Virus record (IMG/VR): IMGVR_UViG_3300012665_000478
Span: 1 to 35,589 of that record
DNA length: 35,589 nucleotides
Strand: one strand, 5' to 3'
From: a virus
Lineage: Duplodnaviria; Caudoviricetes
Positions within the stretch are counted from its first letter, which is position 1. Every line of letters starts with the position of its first letter. Positions 10,601 through 17,567 of this stretch are shown here, in pieces. The position numbers and the translations under genes are program-made. A model generated the notes under the pieces. It saw nothing but the letters and a program-made list of their open reading frames with translations, made no database searches and was not told where the DNA came from.

Positions 10601-11393
10601 CAGTACGTTTGTTAACGTGTACGGATTATCAGAGGCTCCTACAGCAGGTGCAAACGTTGAGTTTGCAAGTATCTCGGGTGAGTATTATAAACTGGTTACT
10701 GTGACAAACTTAGTAGAAGATTTGGATAATCTTGGAACATATAAAGCAACATTCCAGATTAACCCGGCGTTGACTACACTAAATGCTCCGAGACACGGTG
10801 ATGCAATCACTACAAGATTGAAGTACAGTCAGGTACGTTTAACCGGACATGACTTCTTGTACATTGGTACAGGTAATCAGACCCAGACTAACTATCCTAA
10901 TGTGGACATTAGCACAGCAATTCAAGCCAATCAAGCACTGTTTACCAATGGTGGACGTGTGTTCTTTACAAGTACTGACCAAGACGGTAACTTTAACGTT
11001 GGTAACTTGTTCGGAGTACAACAGGCAACTGGTACTGCTACATTGAACGCTAGTGCGTTTAACCTAAGCGGATTGAACAGTTTGCAGTTGGGTTCTATTG
11101 AACTAGGTATTGATAGTGCAATTATTACACAATTCAGTACAGATCCGTTCTTTACTGCGGACAGCGACAACGTTGTTCCGACACAAAGGGCAATTAGAGC
11201 TTATATTACAGCACAGATTGGTGGTGGACAGAGCTCATTGAACGTAAATACACTGACATCCGGTGTGATATATATTGCTGGTAACAGCATTAGTACTACA
11301 ACAGGTGAGGGTATTAACATAACAAGTAGAATGAACTTTACAGGTGGTATCGACGGTTCGCCCGTTGCACTTGCGTTCTTTATGCAACGATAA
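1698..11393 (+). CDS. Giant multidomain virion structural protein (3231 aa): CBM5/12-like repeats, interrupted beta-helix, six CxRD helical repeats, beta-propeller, conserved C-terminal domain
   Basis: Uninterrupted ORF with GGAG RBS; T/G/A/S-rich. Seven WxGxW..Y..GD.V.YGG..Y.C...H repeats; beta-helix cap motifs YVAPEG..G.TIDKPW and TISVKTGTFYE..VVGDELRSTVI; six CxRD repeats; W..V.YGNG.FVA and S.DG..W propeller repeats. Confidence 0.85.
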   Translation: MAEFKLGRIRLVWQGDWNDATTYVVDDVVRVGGNSYICVKNHTSSALFETDLNFNPTYWNIVAAGLEWRGDWATSTYYNVGDQVKYGGVVYICKDAHTSAATALLGLETDQGKWDTLAASLFWRQDWAVDTRYRVNDLVVYGGITYVCNAYHTSAATEALGLEDDQSKWDEFNQGFVYLGVWTDAVRYRENDIVKYGAGTWICTTHHTSTTSFDGTKWEAFVEGLQFEDSWSIASVYQQGDIVTYGGYSYIAKQNHVGENPSTATAYWDVYTTGFNFSGDWSSVTDYQVGDVVRVGGYTYVSILDSTDEVPPNATYWSRLNSGLRWSNPTVAYTAVASSAITGSGIGATFDVTRSGTRYSVAINDGGGSYVVGNTLRILGTAVGGLSPVNDIIVTVDTAAAGVITDVTQTGNSVTWTSGTVYVLGDMVFWAASTYICVDGHTAGLGNRPDNDTTGIYWNLLAAGSESSILTTQGDTYFYGANGPSRLPLGTDGTILRSRNGYPEWAYYGVINNIVYVAPEGTNSTEAGWGLTIDKPWGSVRFACEQVESGYWNRNAVLNLTRNKQFIMKEITNWVIYTYTVNISSSSAVTNEFTCNDTTNLSVNMPIEFSGTVGGVTAGTQYFVREIIDGTHFTISNTAGGIARTLTTATANMTGTLSYDQAFCERDVGLLVDALIYDLGHGGNEESTKAAKAYYTPSGSSYINANFGQQTAQTIAAYDYLKVLAAAVINNGTDSSNYQVANGVPLNERAEPIIDPSVVAEANSAERAQALLTIVTDGIEAGIVTAIPSAVFSNTTISVKTGTFYEVLPMVLPKNTAVVGDELRSTVISPQPAIANLASDKPKTISALNRIKALATDLVQNTTITPTSGNTETQDTTLPDGSVGSSVAASRVVRSANVIHDVLNNGLTAVPTELITDPTDWGTSLTDTAYATTGNATGDSTGYNNARTQLANNYAFIKADVSKYIENNYPAIWSALGATGQAKCQRDIGYILDAIRYDITYGGNTQSLIAGSSYYSGLDLTIASTELTATLAAYTHLKSIITTVAQRLSVTPQSGNVTSQSLSGTGGPAVSGTFAQDRVDDILDWINTGVSGATVLPATSWVDASLLAGYNELQTRKAEIQSDGLAYVRKFFQALSFDADLCSRDIGYMVDAISRDVMFDSNFASVIAGSSYHRALGSTAIVLGLQKDASLGLIKFLKYKIKGFAIGGAAEQVASIVDDIVGTINGGATPRFAWPDYTGVDAENFAAAKKVWENSAFLQAEVLEYLDVNYPAIEYSEVACARDVGYIVDALRYDMTYGGNFASKQAGIAYYSRLTGDLQIDSADKTATLAAYGQLKTALQAIAQNGAYSALQVVVTRITGSAGDAASATRVGALMDVITNIINTGLTTGVPRITITAIASGTTFTSTTHGLSVGDEVIAQTTANGLVAGTTYYVKTAGASTFTLAATYNGTALTSFTDGTGLSIAVEYTNLPGVSWVTANLVNQNTLLSSNKTSIQNKVITYITENYPNLNYNSTTCARDVGYIIDAIRYDLMMNSNFRSVRAGTSYYQAQASLVLSDQKRATLQAFRYMKKEVADVIDNNPDAEAYVRKMMSIIIDIIDKGVGETPEVTGTLSYRNDIGIINATEILRNNRTFLENEATAWIKTQFGGVVTSTDDTTDEFTTSTSHRLTVGDPVRFTSDEITTLIEEVDSGTKNVTLRTTTGVVDNMRFTITGTGIGILTAGTYYIQDVIDSTTVRISSSVGGPAIDPGTATGLASVAIGTAWGGIIYDVQYYVLSTPTTTTFTIGTTADATVPVALSADSGFMNAEYAFEEEACKRDMREYINSIIYDLNWPGNYQSTRSAVLYNNAVKGSEMSDMFLVSNASGLRNCTLRGLEGDLSDENQYGTKRPTAGAYVALNPGFGPNDSKVWVSTRSHYSQNVSMFGYGCVGAKIDSSLHAGGNKSMVKNDFTTILGDGIGVWCTGADSLTELVSVFAYFSYAGYIAELGGRIRATNGNSSYGVYGVIAEGVDSQETPLYARLDNRGADAQITNTVTDGVMEILRFEYGNAGTNYTNTEHTINGSGFNATAIGDEFRDGAIFETRIIDLDNGDGFGGTSYITAANSAQTGDTTNITIAATDQALSAAYVGVRIQITAGTGVGQYANILTYQTGSKIATVYKDSFTSINATNTTASTNVITVASTASLYAGMPIYFTGTTFGGVTENALYYVRTSGLTATQFTISTTGAGGTAVTLSTASGTMAILAAGWDHVIPGTPIVSALDLTTTYIIEPKIQYSAPGYTATARSLGTTASWTDLAFGDNKYVAIASGPSTTTAFSANGTSWASAGAMPSSANWSDVVYGGGEGATATIIVGGQGGRGATLQAVLGVPNTTGAATDDQIASVTIIDGGEGFATPPVIVFTPVSGGSGAVATCTVLNGAISTITVTVPGSGYNAVPTVSVATDRVTDIVVNSWGRNYFSAPSVTIDDPYTGSAWSSGGSVTDGDIIYFTNTTVTPNRKNWYEVTVTGTLTTTGPTHTSGTTTNGTASLLYIGTTAVATPSLTNAGVSSFAINYNGQGYSTVPNITILDTGARYVAIAAGTTSNAYTTRTGIAGTSTWTAGSALPASDFASIAYGNGVYVTVGGTASAASSVTGSLWSTRTIPTLGSGTYSHVTFGNGTFIAISTGNVATAISSNGSSWIAGGNLPTSSTWNDVVYGNGRFVAIATGTRNVAVSYDKGLTWVLSASQLPSAATWTKIRYGQGLFFAVASGGTTAATSPDGINWTVRAMPSSSNWNSVIFGNISKRPLWVAISNTSGTVAASIRTGAQALGRVKVSSGVVTEVRMIDPGSGYPYGTVSASTVTTNLITVDNTVNLVDGQPVEFYGTSAGGLVEETTYYVIGSTITSTQFKVSATQFSSTPVTLETATISGMTYRAAPVFTVTDPNKVKVAAFRARPGDGALGNPSFSNRGADNATATSDTAGDGYSDLFQVSTFVNVYGLSEAPTAGANVEFASISGEYYKLVTVTNLVEDLDNLGTYKATFQINPALTTLNAPRHGDAITTRLKYSQVRLTGHDFLYIGTGNQTQTNYPNVDISTAIQANQALFTNGGRVFFTSTDQDGNFNVGNLFGVQQATGTATLNASAFNLSGLNSLQLGSIELGIDSAIITQFSTDPFFTADSDNVVPTQRAIRAYITAQIGGGQSSLNVNTLTSGVIYIAGNSISTTTGEGINITSRMNFTGGIDGSPVALAFFMQR

Positions 11394-11411
11394 AAATGGA
11401 GAAAACATAAT

Positions 11412-11741
11412 ATGGCAACAGGAAGATTAGGAGTAGCGGCGATCCCAGCAGGTACATCAGGCGCCGGAACAGTAGTTTATACAGTACCAACGGGTAGTTA
11501 TGGCGTTTTTAACATATCTATCACTAACAGAAATACCAGTGCAATTACTGTGCGTGTGGCTTTGGCCGCAACCAGCACACCAAACGTACAAGACTATTTA
11601 GAGTATGATACAACTATCATTCCTAACGGTGTATTTGAACGTACTGGTTTAGTAGCACAGGCAGGATTGAACGTGGTTGTTTATTCAAGCACTGCTAACG
11701 TAGGTTGTACAGTCTACGGTATTGAAACATCAACTGCTTAA
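11412..11741 (+). CDS. Small putative virion protein (109 aa, beta-rich)
   Basis: GGAG RBS, ATG, co-linear in the structural operon; function inferred from context only. Confidence 0.65.
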   Translation: MATGRLGVAAIPAGTSGAGTVVYTVPTGSYGVFNISITNRNTSAITVRVALAATSTPNVQDYLEYDTTIIPNGVFERTGLVAQAGLNVVVYSSTANVGCTVYGIETSTA

Positions 11742-11758
11742 TAAGGATATAACGAGAC

Positions 11759-12370
11759 ATGGCACGATATAACACAGTATCAGCAGTTACAACTCAAAGC
11801 GGTGCAGCCACATTGTCGACACCGGCACAAGGGTTATTTACAACCCTAACTGGCACAGCGCCATTTACAGTGACATTGTCGTCGCCAGCAGTGGCCAGTG
11901 GAGCACAACAAGGCTTTTATAATAACAGTGGTGGAGCAGTAACTCTGCAAACACCTAGTGGAAATATTAAAGGTCCTAGTGCTAATACTGCATCGACTTT
12001 TATAATGCAAAATCAATCAGTGGTGTTTTTAACATCTGACGGTACAAACTACATCTTAACTGGTAGCGTATCGGGCGGTTTTGTTAACGTTGACGTTACA
12101 ACTACTTACACAGCCAGCGCAAGTCAGGCGTTGTGGGTAAACACATCATCAGCGGCAGTTAATATTACATTGCCTGCAAGTCCTGCTCGAGGCGACACTA
12201 TTAGAATTTACGATATTGCCAATACATTCGATACTAACCAGTGTCAGTTATTGCGCAACGGTCAAGTTATTATGGGCGGAGCCTCAGATTTACAAATTAC
12301 AACCGAGGGTGCGGCGTTAGAAGTTGTTTATTCTAATTCAACATACGGTTGGAGAATCTTTACAATTTAA
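11759..12370 (+). CDS. Putative tail-fibre/baseplate attachment protein (203 aa)
   Basis: AGGA RBS; two related modules (TVTLSSPA.. and NITLPASPARGDTIRIYD..TF.TN..RNG..IMG..YSNSTYGW), a motif type familiar from T4-like fibre/baseplate proteins. Confidence 0.6.
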   Translation: MARYNTVSAVTTQSGAATLSTPAQGLFTTLTGTAPFTVTLSSPAVASGAQQGFYNNSGGAVTLQTPSGNIKGPSANTASTFIMQNQSVVFLTSDGTNYILTGSVSGGFVNVDVTTTYTASASQALWVNTSSAAVNITLPASPARGDTIRIYDIANTFDTNQCQLLRNGQVIMGGASDLQITTEGAALEVVYSNSTYGWRIFTI

Positions 12371-12379
12371 GGATAAGAG

Positions 12380-13330
12380 ATGCCTAGTTATTCTAGTTTT
12401 AAGAAAATTTCCAGTGAAGCAATCGTTGATCAGACTATACAATCTGGAGATATTGCCAATACGACTATTGTAACTGGGGATATTCAAGACGGTGCAGTTG
12501 TTGCTGGAAAGATGAGTGGTGTTGTTACATCCGCTAAGTTAAATGCAACAGTGGATCTAAGCGGCAAAACAGTAACATATCGACCGATTGTTAACAGCGA
12601 CATTTCTTCAAGTGCAGGTATTGTAGGCGGAAAACTAGCCAGCGGAGCCGCAGTAACTAATATTGGATTCACTCCAGTAAACACAGGCGGCGACACAATG
12701 TCTGGTGCATTAGTTGTACCAGCAGGCAGTGCTAGTGCTCCAAGTATTACCAGAGATGGTAACACTAATACTGGTATTAGTTTAGAATCTGGTGCTATTC
12801 GAATTACTGGAGGCGGTAGCGAAGCAATATTAATCGACGACAGTGGCCGTGTACGTAGGCCAAATCATCCAGCATTTGCAGTATCAGCAACCGCAGGGTG
12901 GCTATATGCTAGTAACTACGGCGGAACAGGTGACAGAGAACTGACTGGCGGTATTGTAGGTTGGAACAATGCCTCACATCAAACAGGCGGCAGTAATTGG
13001 AATCCTAGTAACGGTCGATATACAGCACCAATTTCAGGATACTATGTGTTTCATACATGCTGGTACATGTTAAACGACAATAACAGCACACCTAGTTATG
13101 TTCACTGTTGGTTGCCAAAAAATGGTAGTACTGGTACACTGCCGGGTGGACGTGGTCCACACACTATAAATATGCACGGTAACAGAAATAACTACGATGA
13201 CGGATCTAATTACAGTAATATATTCCAAATGAATGCTGGTGACTACGCCAGTGTATTCATAAGATGGCACAATTATAATAGTCGTCATCATGCTGGACAT
13301 CATATTTTCAGCGGCCACTTAATAGGATAA
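12380..13330 (+). CDS. Fibre/adhesin protein with C1q/TNF-like head, paralogue 1
   Basis: N-terminal low-complexity shaft (I..G.I...K repeats; GSASAPSI..GNTNTGI), C-terminal gC1q-like motifs PAF, GRYTAPISGYYVF, MNAGDY, FSGHLIG. Confidence 0.75.
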   Translation: MPSYSSFKKISSEAIVDQTIQSGDIANTTIVTGDIQDGAVVAGKMSGVVTSAKLNATVDLSGKTVTYRPIVNSDISSSAGIVGGKLASGAAVTNIGFTPVNTGGDTMSGALVVPAGSASAPSITRDGNTNTGISLESGAIRITGGGSEAILIDDSGRVRRPNHPAFAVSATAGWLYASNYGGTGDRELTGGIVGWNNASHQTGGSNWNPSNGRYTAPISGYYVFHTCWYMLNDNNSTPSYVHCWLPKNGSTGTLPGGRGPHTINMHGNRNNYDDGSNYSNIFQMNAGDYASVFIRWHNYNSRHHAGHHIFSGHLIG

Positions 13331-13334
13331 TAGA

Positions 13335-14276
13335 ATGCCATCATATAACAGTTTTAAAAGAATTACTTCAGAAGCCATTATTGACAGTGCAGTTACGGGC
13401 ACTAAACTTGGTACAGATTCTATCACCAGTGGTAAGATTAACGCTAATGCTGTGGGTACAGCAGACATACAAAACGGTGCAGTGGGCACAACACAACTAG
13501 CAGCCAGTGTTGACCTCAGCGGTAAAACAGTAACTTATCGATCTATTGTCAATGCAGATATTTCTAACAGTACTATTGCTGGTGGAAAACTGGCCAGTGG
13601 AGCCGCAAACACTAATCTTGGATTTACGCCAGTAAACAAGGCCGGAGGAACAATATCTAGCGGACAATTAAGACTAGCCGGTGGCAGTGCAGGTAACAAT
13701 GCAATTGGTCTTAGCGGTAATGACAATGCTGGTATATTTTTCCCCACAACTAACCAAGTTTCCATAGCCACATCTGGCAGTCAGCGTATGTTTGTAGATG
13801 GTGCAGGACGTACAAACGAGCCTAATAGACCGGCGTTCTTTGCCTGCGGATTAGGCGGGTGGTACTATTGGAACACATTTGGTGGCGCTGGTTGGCGCGA
13901 ATTGAATGGTATTGGATTCCAATATCAAACACAGGGCGGTATCAGTATTACCAGCAACAGTCGTGCAGTGGCGCCAGTATCAGGATACTATTGGTTCTAT
14001 TTGCAAAGTTATTACTACAACGATAACAATGCAACCAACGGATATACGCACTGGAATATTGGTCGTAACGGCGCACCTAATACATCTCCTAGTGGACGTC
14101 ACCCACATACAATTTTTGCACACGGCCTGCCAGCGCACCATGCACCGGGTATTATGGTGCCTGTTGAGTTTTACATGAATGCCGGCGACTTCGCTAGCCC
14201 ACAACCTTACGGACCAAACGGCCCAGGAAGGTTCCATGCAGACCATACATTATGGTGCGGATTCTTAATAGGATAA
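13335..14276 (+). CDS. Fibre/adhesin protein with C1q/TNF-like head, paralogue 2
   Basis: Same layout: MPSYNSFKRI, VDLSGKTVTYR, PAFFA, APVSGYYWF, MNAGDF, WCGFLIG. Confidence 0.75.
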   Translation: MPSYNSFKRITSEAIIDSAVTGTKLGTDSITSGKINANAVGTADIQNGAVGTTQLAASVDLSGKTVTYRSIVNADISNSTIAGGKLASGAANTNLGFTPVNKAGGTISSGQLRLAGGSAGNNAIGLSGNDNAGIFFPTTNQVSIATSGSQRMFVDGAGRTNEPNRPAFFACGLGGWYYWNTFGGAGWRELNGIGFQYQTQGGISITSNSRAVAPVSGYYWFYLQSYYYNDNNATNGYTHWNIGRNGAPNTSPSGRHPHTIFAHGLPAHHAPGIMVPVEFYMNAGDFASPQPYGPNGPGRFHADHTLWCGFLIG

Positions 14277-14281
14277 TATAG

Positions 14282-15244
14282 ATGCCAACGTATAATAGTT
14301 TTAAACGAATTGATTCGGATGCGATTGTAGACGGCACTATTGCGGCATCAGATGTTGCAGACAATGCCGCGATTGCAGGCAAGTTTGCCACAGATGCTAT
14401 CACTGCCGCAAAAATCGGCCCCGGTCAAGTGGGTGCTACACAGTTAGGAGCATCAGTAGATCTCAGCGGTAAAACAGTAACATATAGAACAATAGTAGAC
14501 GGTGATCTTTCAGCCAGTGCAGGTATTACAGCCGATAGACTAGCATCCGGAGCAATAACCACTAACTTAGGATACACTCCATTAAGTAATAACAACAGTA
14601 ATTCTATGACTGGTGTGCTACGTTTGCCAAACGGTAGTGCAGGCGCACCGGCAATACGAAGTGCAAGCCAAAGTAACACCGGAATTTATTTTGACAGTGC
14701 TAACAACGTGGTATTTTCAGTAGCAGGTACAGAACGTATGCGTATTAACGCTAACGGTCACAAAACTACTGGTACAGATTCCACAACTGGTAGTATTGCG
14801 TGGCATGCCGCGGGTACTAGTGGATGGACCTATGCTAACAGTTACGGCGGATACGGCTGGAGAGAGATCGGTGGCGGCATGGGCTGGGACGCATATCAAC
14901 GCGGTGGCAGCAACTTTAGCACAGGCAACGGCAGATTTACTGCGCCAGTTAGCGGATTCTATCATTTAACTTGGCAAAGTTATAATTATAACGATGATAA
15001 CAATACTCCTAACTATGTTCATTTAGGATTCAGCCGTAATGGCGGAACAGGAGCATGGAGCGGCAGACATCCGCACGGTATGTGGATGCACGGATCGAAC
15101 AACAACCACGCTGGCGGAGTTAGTATGAGCTTGGACTTATATCTGAGTGCTGGCGAATATACAAGTCAAACATTTTACTGGGCAGGCGGCCCAAGTCGTG
15201 TACACGGCAATCATAGTATTTTTGCTGGATACATGATAGGATAA
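14282..15244 (+). CDS. Fibre/adhesin protein with C1q/TNF-like head, paralogue 3
   Basis: Same layout: MPTYNSFKRI, VDLSGKTVTYR, GRFTAPVSGFYHL, LSAGEY, FAGYMIG. Confidence 0.75.
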   Translation: MPTYNSFKRIDSDAIVDGTIAASDVADNAAIAGKFATDAITAAKIGPGQVGATQLGASVDLSGKTVTYRTIVDGDLSASAGITADRLASGAITTNLGYTPLSNNNSNSMTGVLRLPNGSAGAPAIRSASQSNTGIYFDSANNVVFSVAGTERMRINANGHKTTGTDSTTGSIAWHAAGTSGWTYANSYGGYGWREIGGGMGWDAYQRGGSNFSTGNGRFTAPVSGFYHLTWQSYNYNDDNNTPNYVHLGFSRNGGTGAWSGRHPHGMWMHGSNNNHAGGVSMSLDLYLSAGEYTSQTFYWAGGPSRVHGNHSIFAGYMIG

Positions 15245-15247
15245 ATA
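15240..15247 (+). promoter_or_regulatory. Possible late promoter box (GATAAATA) overlapping the stop codon of fibre paralogue 3
   Basis: Same octamer as 1667 and 33121, 17 nt before the ATG at 15265; partly formed by the GGA-TAA gene end, so it may be coincidental. Confidence 0.45.
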
Positions 15248-15264
15248 TAGATAACTAGAGAGAT

Positions 15265-15510
15265 ATGACAATGTCACAAATTACATTTGAATTAACAGAT
15301 TTACAAGCCACAATATTAGCACATATTGCACTGGACCCAATGGACTATATTGCCAATCTCGTAGAATGGCAAGCAAACTTGGCCACAGACGAAATTGTCG
15401 AAATGGAAGTACAGCGTATGCTGGCTGATCCGGACACCACTACTATTCCGTCAGATAGAAATGAAATTTTAAATGCCGCAGTATTAGTACCTGCCGCAGA
15501 CAGACAATAA
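15265..15510 (+). CDS. Small acidic helical protein, putative fibre assembly factor A
   Basis: 81 aa, directly after the fibre genes; aligns with the next ORF (TDLQ..L....DP...I......A.DEI...E..R.LADP....IP.D). Start could be 15271. Confidence 0.6.
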   Translation: MTMSQITFELTDLQATILAHIALDPMDYIANLVEWQANLATDEIVEMEVQRMLADPDTTTIPSDRNEILNAAVLVPAADRQ

Positions 15511-15520
15511 GGATTAGATC

Positions 15521-15859
15521 ATGGCTAAACGATATATAATAGATATTACAGATTTACAATGGAAAGCATTAGCGTGGAAGCACGTAGATCCACATCAGTT
15601 CATTGATGATTTTGTCACTGAGAGAATTACCAAAGCGATGGACGAAATTGCAACTCTAGAAATTAAACGCAGATTAGCAGATCCAACTTGGACTGAGCCT
15701 ATTCCGGCTGACAAAACAAAAGTATTTGACACATTAATTTTGAAGAGTGCATTACAACAACAACAGGAAGATACTGTGCGAATGTTGGCAATGATGGAAA
15801 ATCCGGATGTCGGCGGAGCAATGCCAGTGCCTTCTAACACTTCAGTTAAACCCACATAA
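15521..15859 (+). CDS. Small helical protein, putative fibre assembly factor B
   Basis: AGGA RBS, 112 aa, paralogue of the preceding ORF; last gene before the terminator. Confidence 0.6.
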   Translation: MAKRYIIDITDLQWKALAWKHVDPHQFIDDFVTERITKAMDEIATLEIKRRLADPTWTEPIPADKTKVFDTLILKSALQQQQEDTVRMLAMMENPDVGGAMPVPSNTSVKPT

Positions 15860-15877
15860 TATAAATTATTACTCAAT

Positions 15878-15903
15878 AAAAAACCACCCTAGGGTGGTTT
15901 TTG
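15878..15903. terminator. Bidirectional intrinsic terminator
   Basis: Perfect palindrome AAAAACCACCCT/AGGGTGGTTTTT (15879-15902) with T-tracts on both strands, between convergent operons. Confidence 0.9.
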
Positions 15904-15904
15904 T

Positions 15905-17521
15905 TTATTCCTTACCGTCGTATATACGTTCTCGTAAGTATTGATAATGACTAGGTGCAGTACTTGCTAGTCCGTTGATATATTCCTTCTTTTGATTCCA
16001 ATAGTCTTGTGTTTGACTGTTAAAATATTCCGGAATAGTACCATTACGACCTAACAATATTTCACTTAGTATTTTCATCTGCGTAGGATTTACTGGACCC
16101 ATGTGCATTCCAACAAATATATCAGGAACACCGCCCATTGAAAAATCTCCAGGCATATGGTGACTTTGTAATAATCTAACAGCAATTTCGCCTACTTGGC
16201 TAGGTGTTTGATTTCCTGGTATTAACATGCCACTGTCCATCTCAATTTCTTCAGTAACGTGTTTCCAGTATGGTGTATCTCTGCGTGAACTTAGCGTATA
16301 GTGGTAACATACAAAGAATTTAAAACTTTCCATGATACCACTAACAATATGATTAAAATTATCTATGTGAATCTTATTCACTGTGTCATAATGTAGTGTG
16401 TGACACAATCTTAATAGAATTTCTTGTACACTTAATAAGCCAGTACTTTCCAGCGGTTCGATAAACCCGTAACTTAGTCCAACAGCAACTACGTTCTTGT
16501 GCCAGCACTTTTTATGAACACCGTTTTTAATGTTGATAAGTCTAAACTCTAATGCGTCCACTTGCTCACGTGTACGTGGCTTTTTCAAACGAGTCATAAT
16601 GAATTGTTTGAATTCTTCCAAGGCATCTTCTTCGGACGTAAACTTATCACAGAATACATAACCCTTACCAATTCGATGATAGAGTGGAATATTCCAAATC
16701 CAGCCATTGTCTACAGCCACACAGTCGGTGGTGTTCTCCATCTCGATGTCTTTGTCTTCGTACGGTACTTGTACAGCCCATGCTTTGTTATTAGGTAACC
16801 ACTGACTATATGAGTTAAACTCAACACCTAATGTTTGCTCTAGTAACATAGATTTAAATCCAGAACAATCGACGTACAAATCTGCTTCTAATGTATCGCC
16901 ATTTCTTAGTTTCAAACCGTCAACTTCTCCTGCGGTGTTTACTAATATCTCATCGATATGTTCTTTAATATGCACAACACCTCTGGGTTCGCAGTAACGC
17001 TCTCTGAGGAATTCTCCAAATAATACGGCATCCATGTGATATGCTACATCATTCTTCCAACTGAAACCAGGCAACTGTCCGTCTGCATTATCGTAGATTT
17101 TACCTTGCGTAATAAACGGCATAGTGCTATAAAAACTTTCGTAGAAATCCATGTGTGGTGTATCTGGATTCAATGTTTTCTTTACATACCAATCCGCAGT
17201 GCCTTGCTGGCAGTTTTGCATATCTTTCATGCCAAACGGATAATAGAACTCTTCGCCTTTAGCGTAAAAGTCGGTAAATTTAATAGACAGTTTGTATGTG
17301 GCTTTGCAGTACTCCATCCAGTCTTTGTCTTGCAGACCTAAAATTCCTAAGAACTGGTTAATAGTTCCTAGTGTACTTTCACCTACACCGATAATAGGTA
17401 CATCGGGGCTTTCGATTAATGCAATTTCTTTATCTGGAAATTCTTGAGACAGCATAGCCGCACTCATCCATCCGGCACTGCCACCGCCTACAATTATAAT
17501 TTTTTTGATTTTGTTGTTCAT
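15905..17521 (-). CDS. Tryptophan-halogenase-family flavin-dependent enzyme 1 (538 aa)
   Basis: GGGSAGW FAD motif, IGVGEST, CKATYKLSIKF (PrnA K79-type Lys), AYHMDA, DCSGF, GWIWNIP (WxWxIP), FIEPLESTG, RRDTPYW; GAGAGG RBS. Confidence 0.9.
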   Translation of the reverse strand: MNNKIKKIIIVGGGSAGWMSAAMLSQEFPDKEIALIESPDVPIIGVGESTLGTINQFLGILGLQDKDWMEYCKATYKLSIKFTDFYAKGEEFYYPFGMKDMQNCQQGTADWYVKKTLNPDTPHMDFYESFYSTMPFITQGKIYDNADGQLPGFSWKNDVAYHMDAVLFGEFLRERYCEPRGVVHIKEHIDEILVNTAGEVDGLKLRNGDTLEADLYVDCSGFKSMLLEQTLGVEFNSYSQWLPNNKAWAVQVPYEDKDIEMENTTDCVAVDNGWIWNIPLYHRIGKGYVFCDKFTSEEDALEEFKQFIMTRLKKPRTREQVDALEFRLINIKNGVHKKCWHKNVVAVGLSYGFIEPLESTGLLSVQEILLRLCHTLHYDTVNKIHIDNFNHIVSGIMESFKFFVCYHYTLSSRRDTPYWKHVTEEIEMDSGMLIPGNQTPSQVGEIAVRLLQSHHMPGDFSMGGVPDIFVGMHMGPVNPTQMKILSEILLGRNGTIPEYFNSQTQDYWNQKKEYINGLASTAPSHYQYLRERIYDGKE

Positions 17522-17540
17522 CAGAGTCCTCTCTTAGACA

Positions 17541-17548
17541 TATTTACT
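17541..17548 (-). promoter_or_regulatory. Possible internal late promoter (AGTAAATA) for halogenase 1
   Basis: TAAATA core in the largest intergenic gap of the operon, 19 nt upstream of the ATG. Confidence 0.45.
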
Positions 17549-17567
17549 TGCTACTGTCCCGCATTGT

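Noticed and set aside
15-14965. Many 60-130 aa minus-strand and alternate-frame ORFs over the structural genes
   Set aside because: They are shadows of T/G/A/V-rich coding sequence, fully nested in long genes, with no recognisable motifs.
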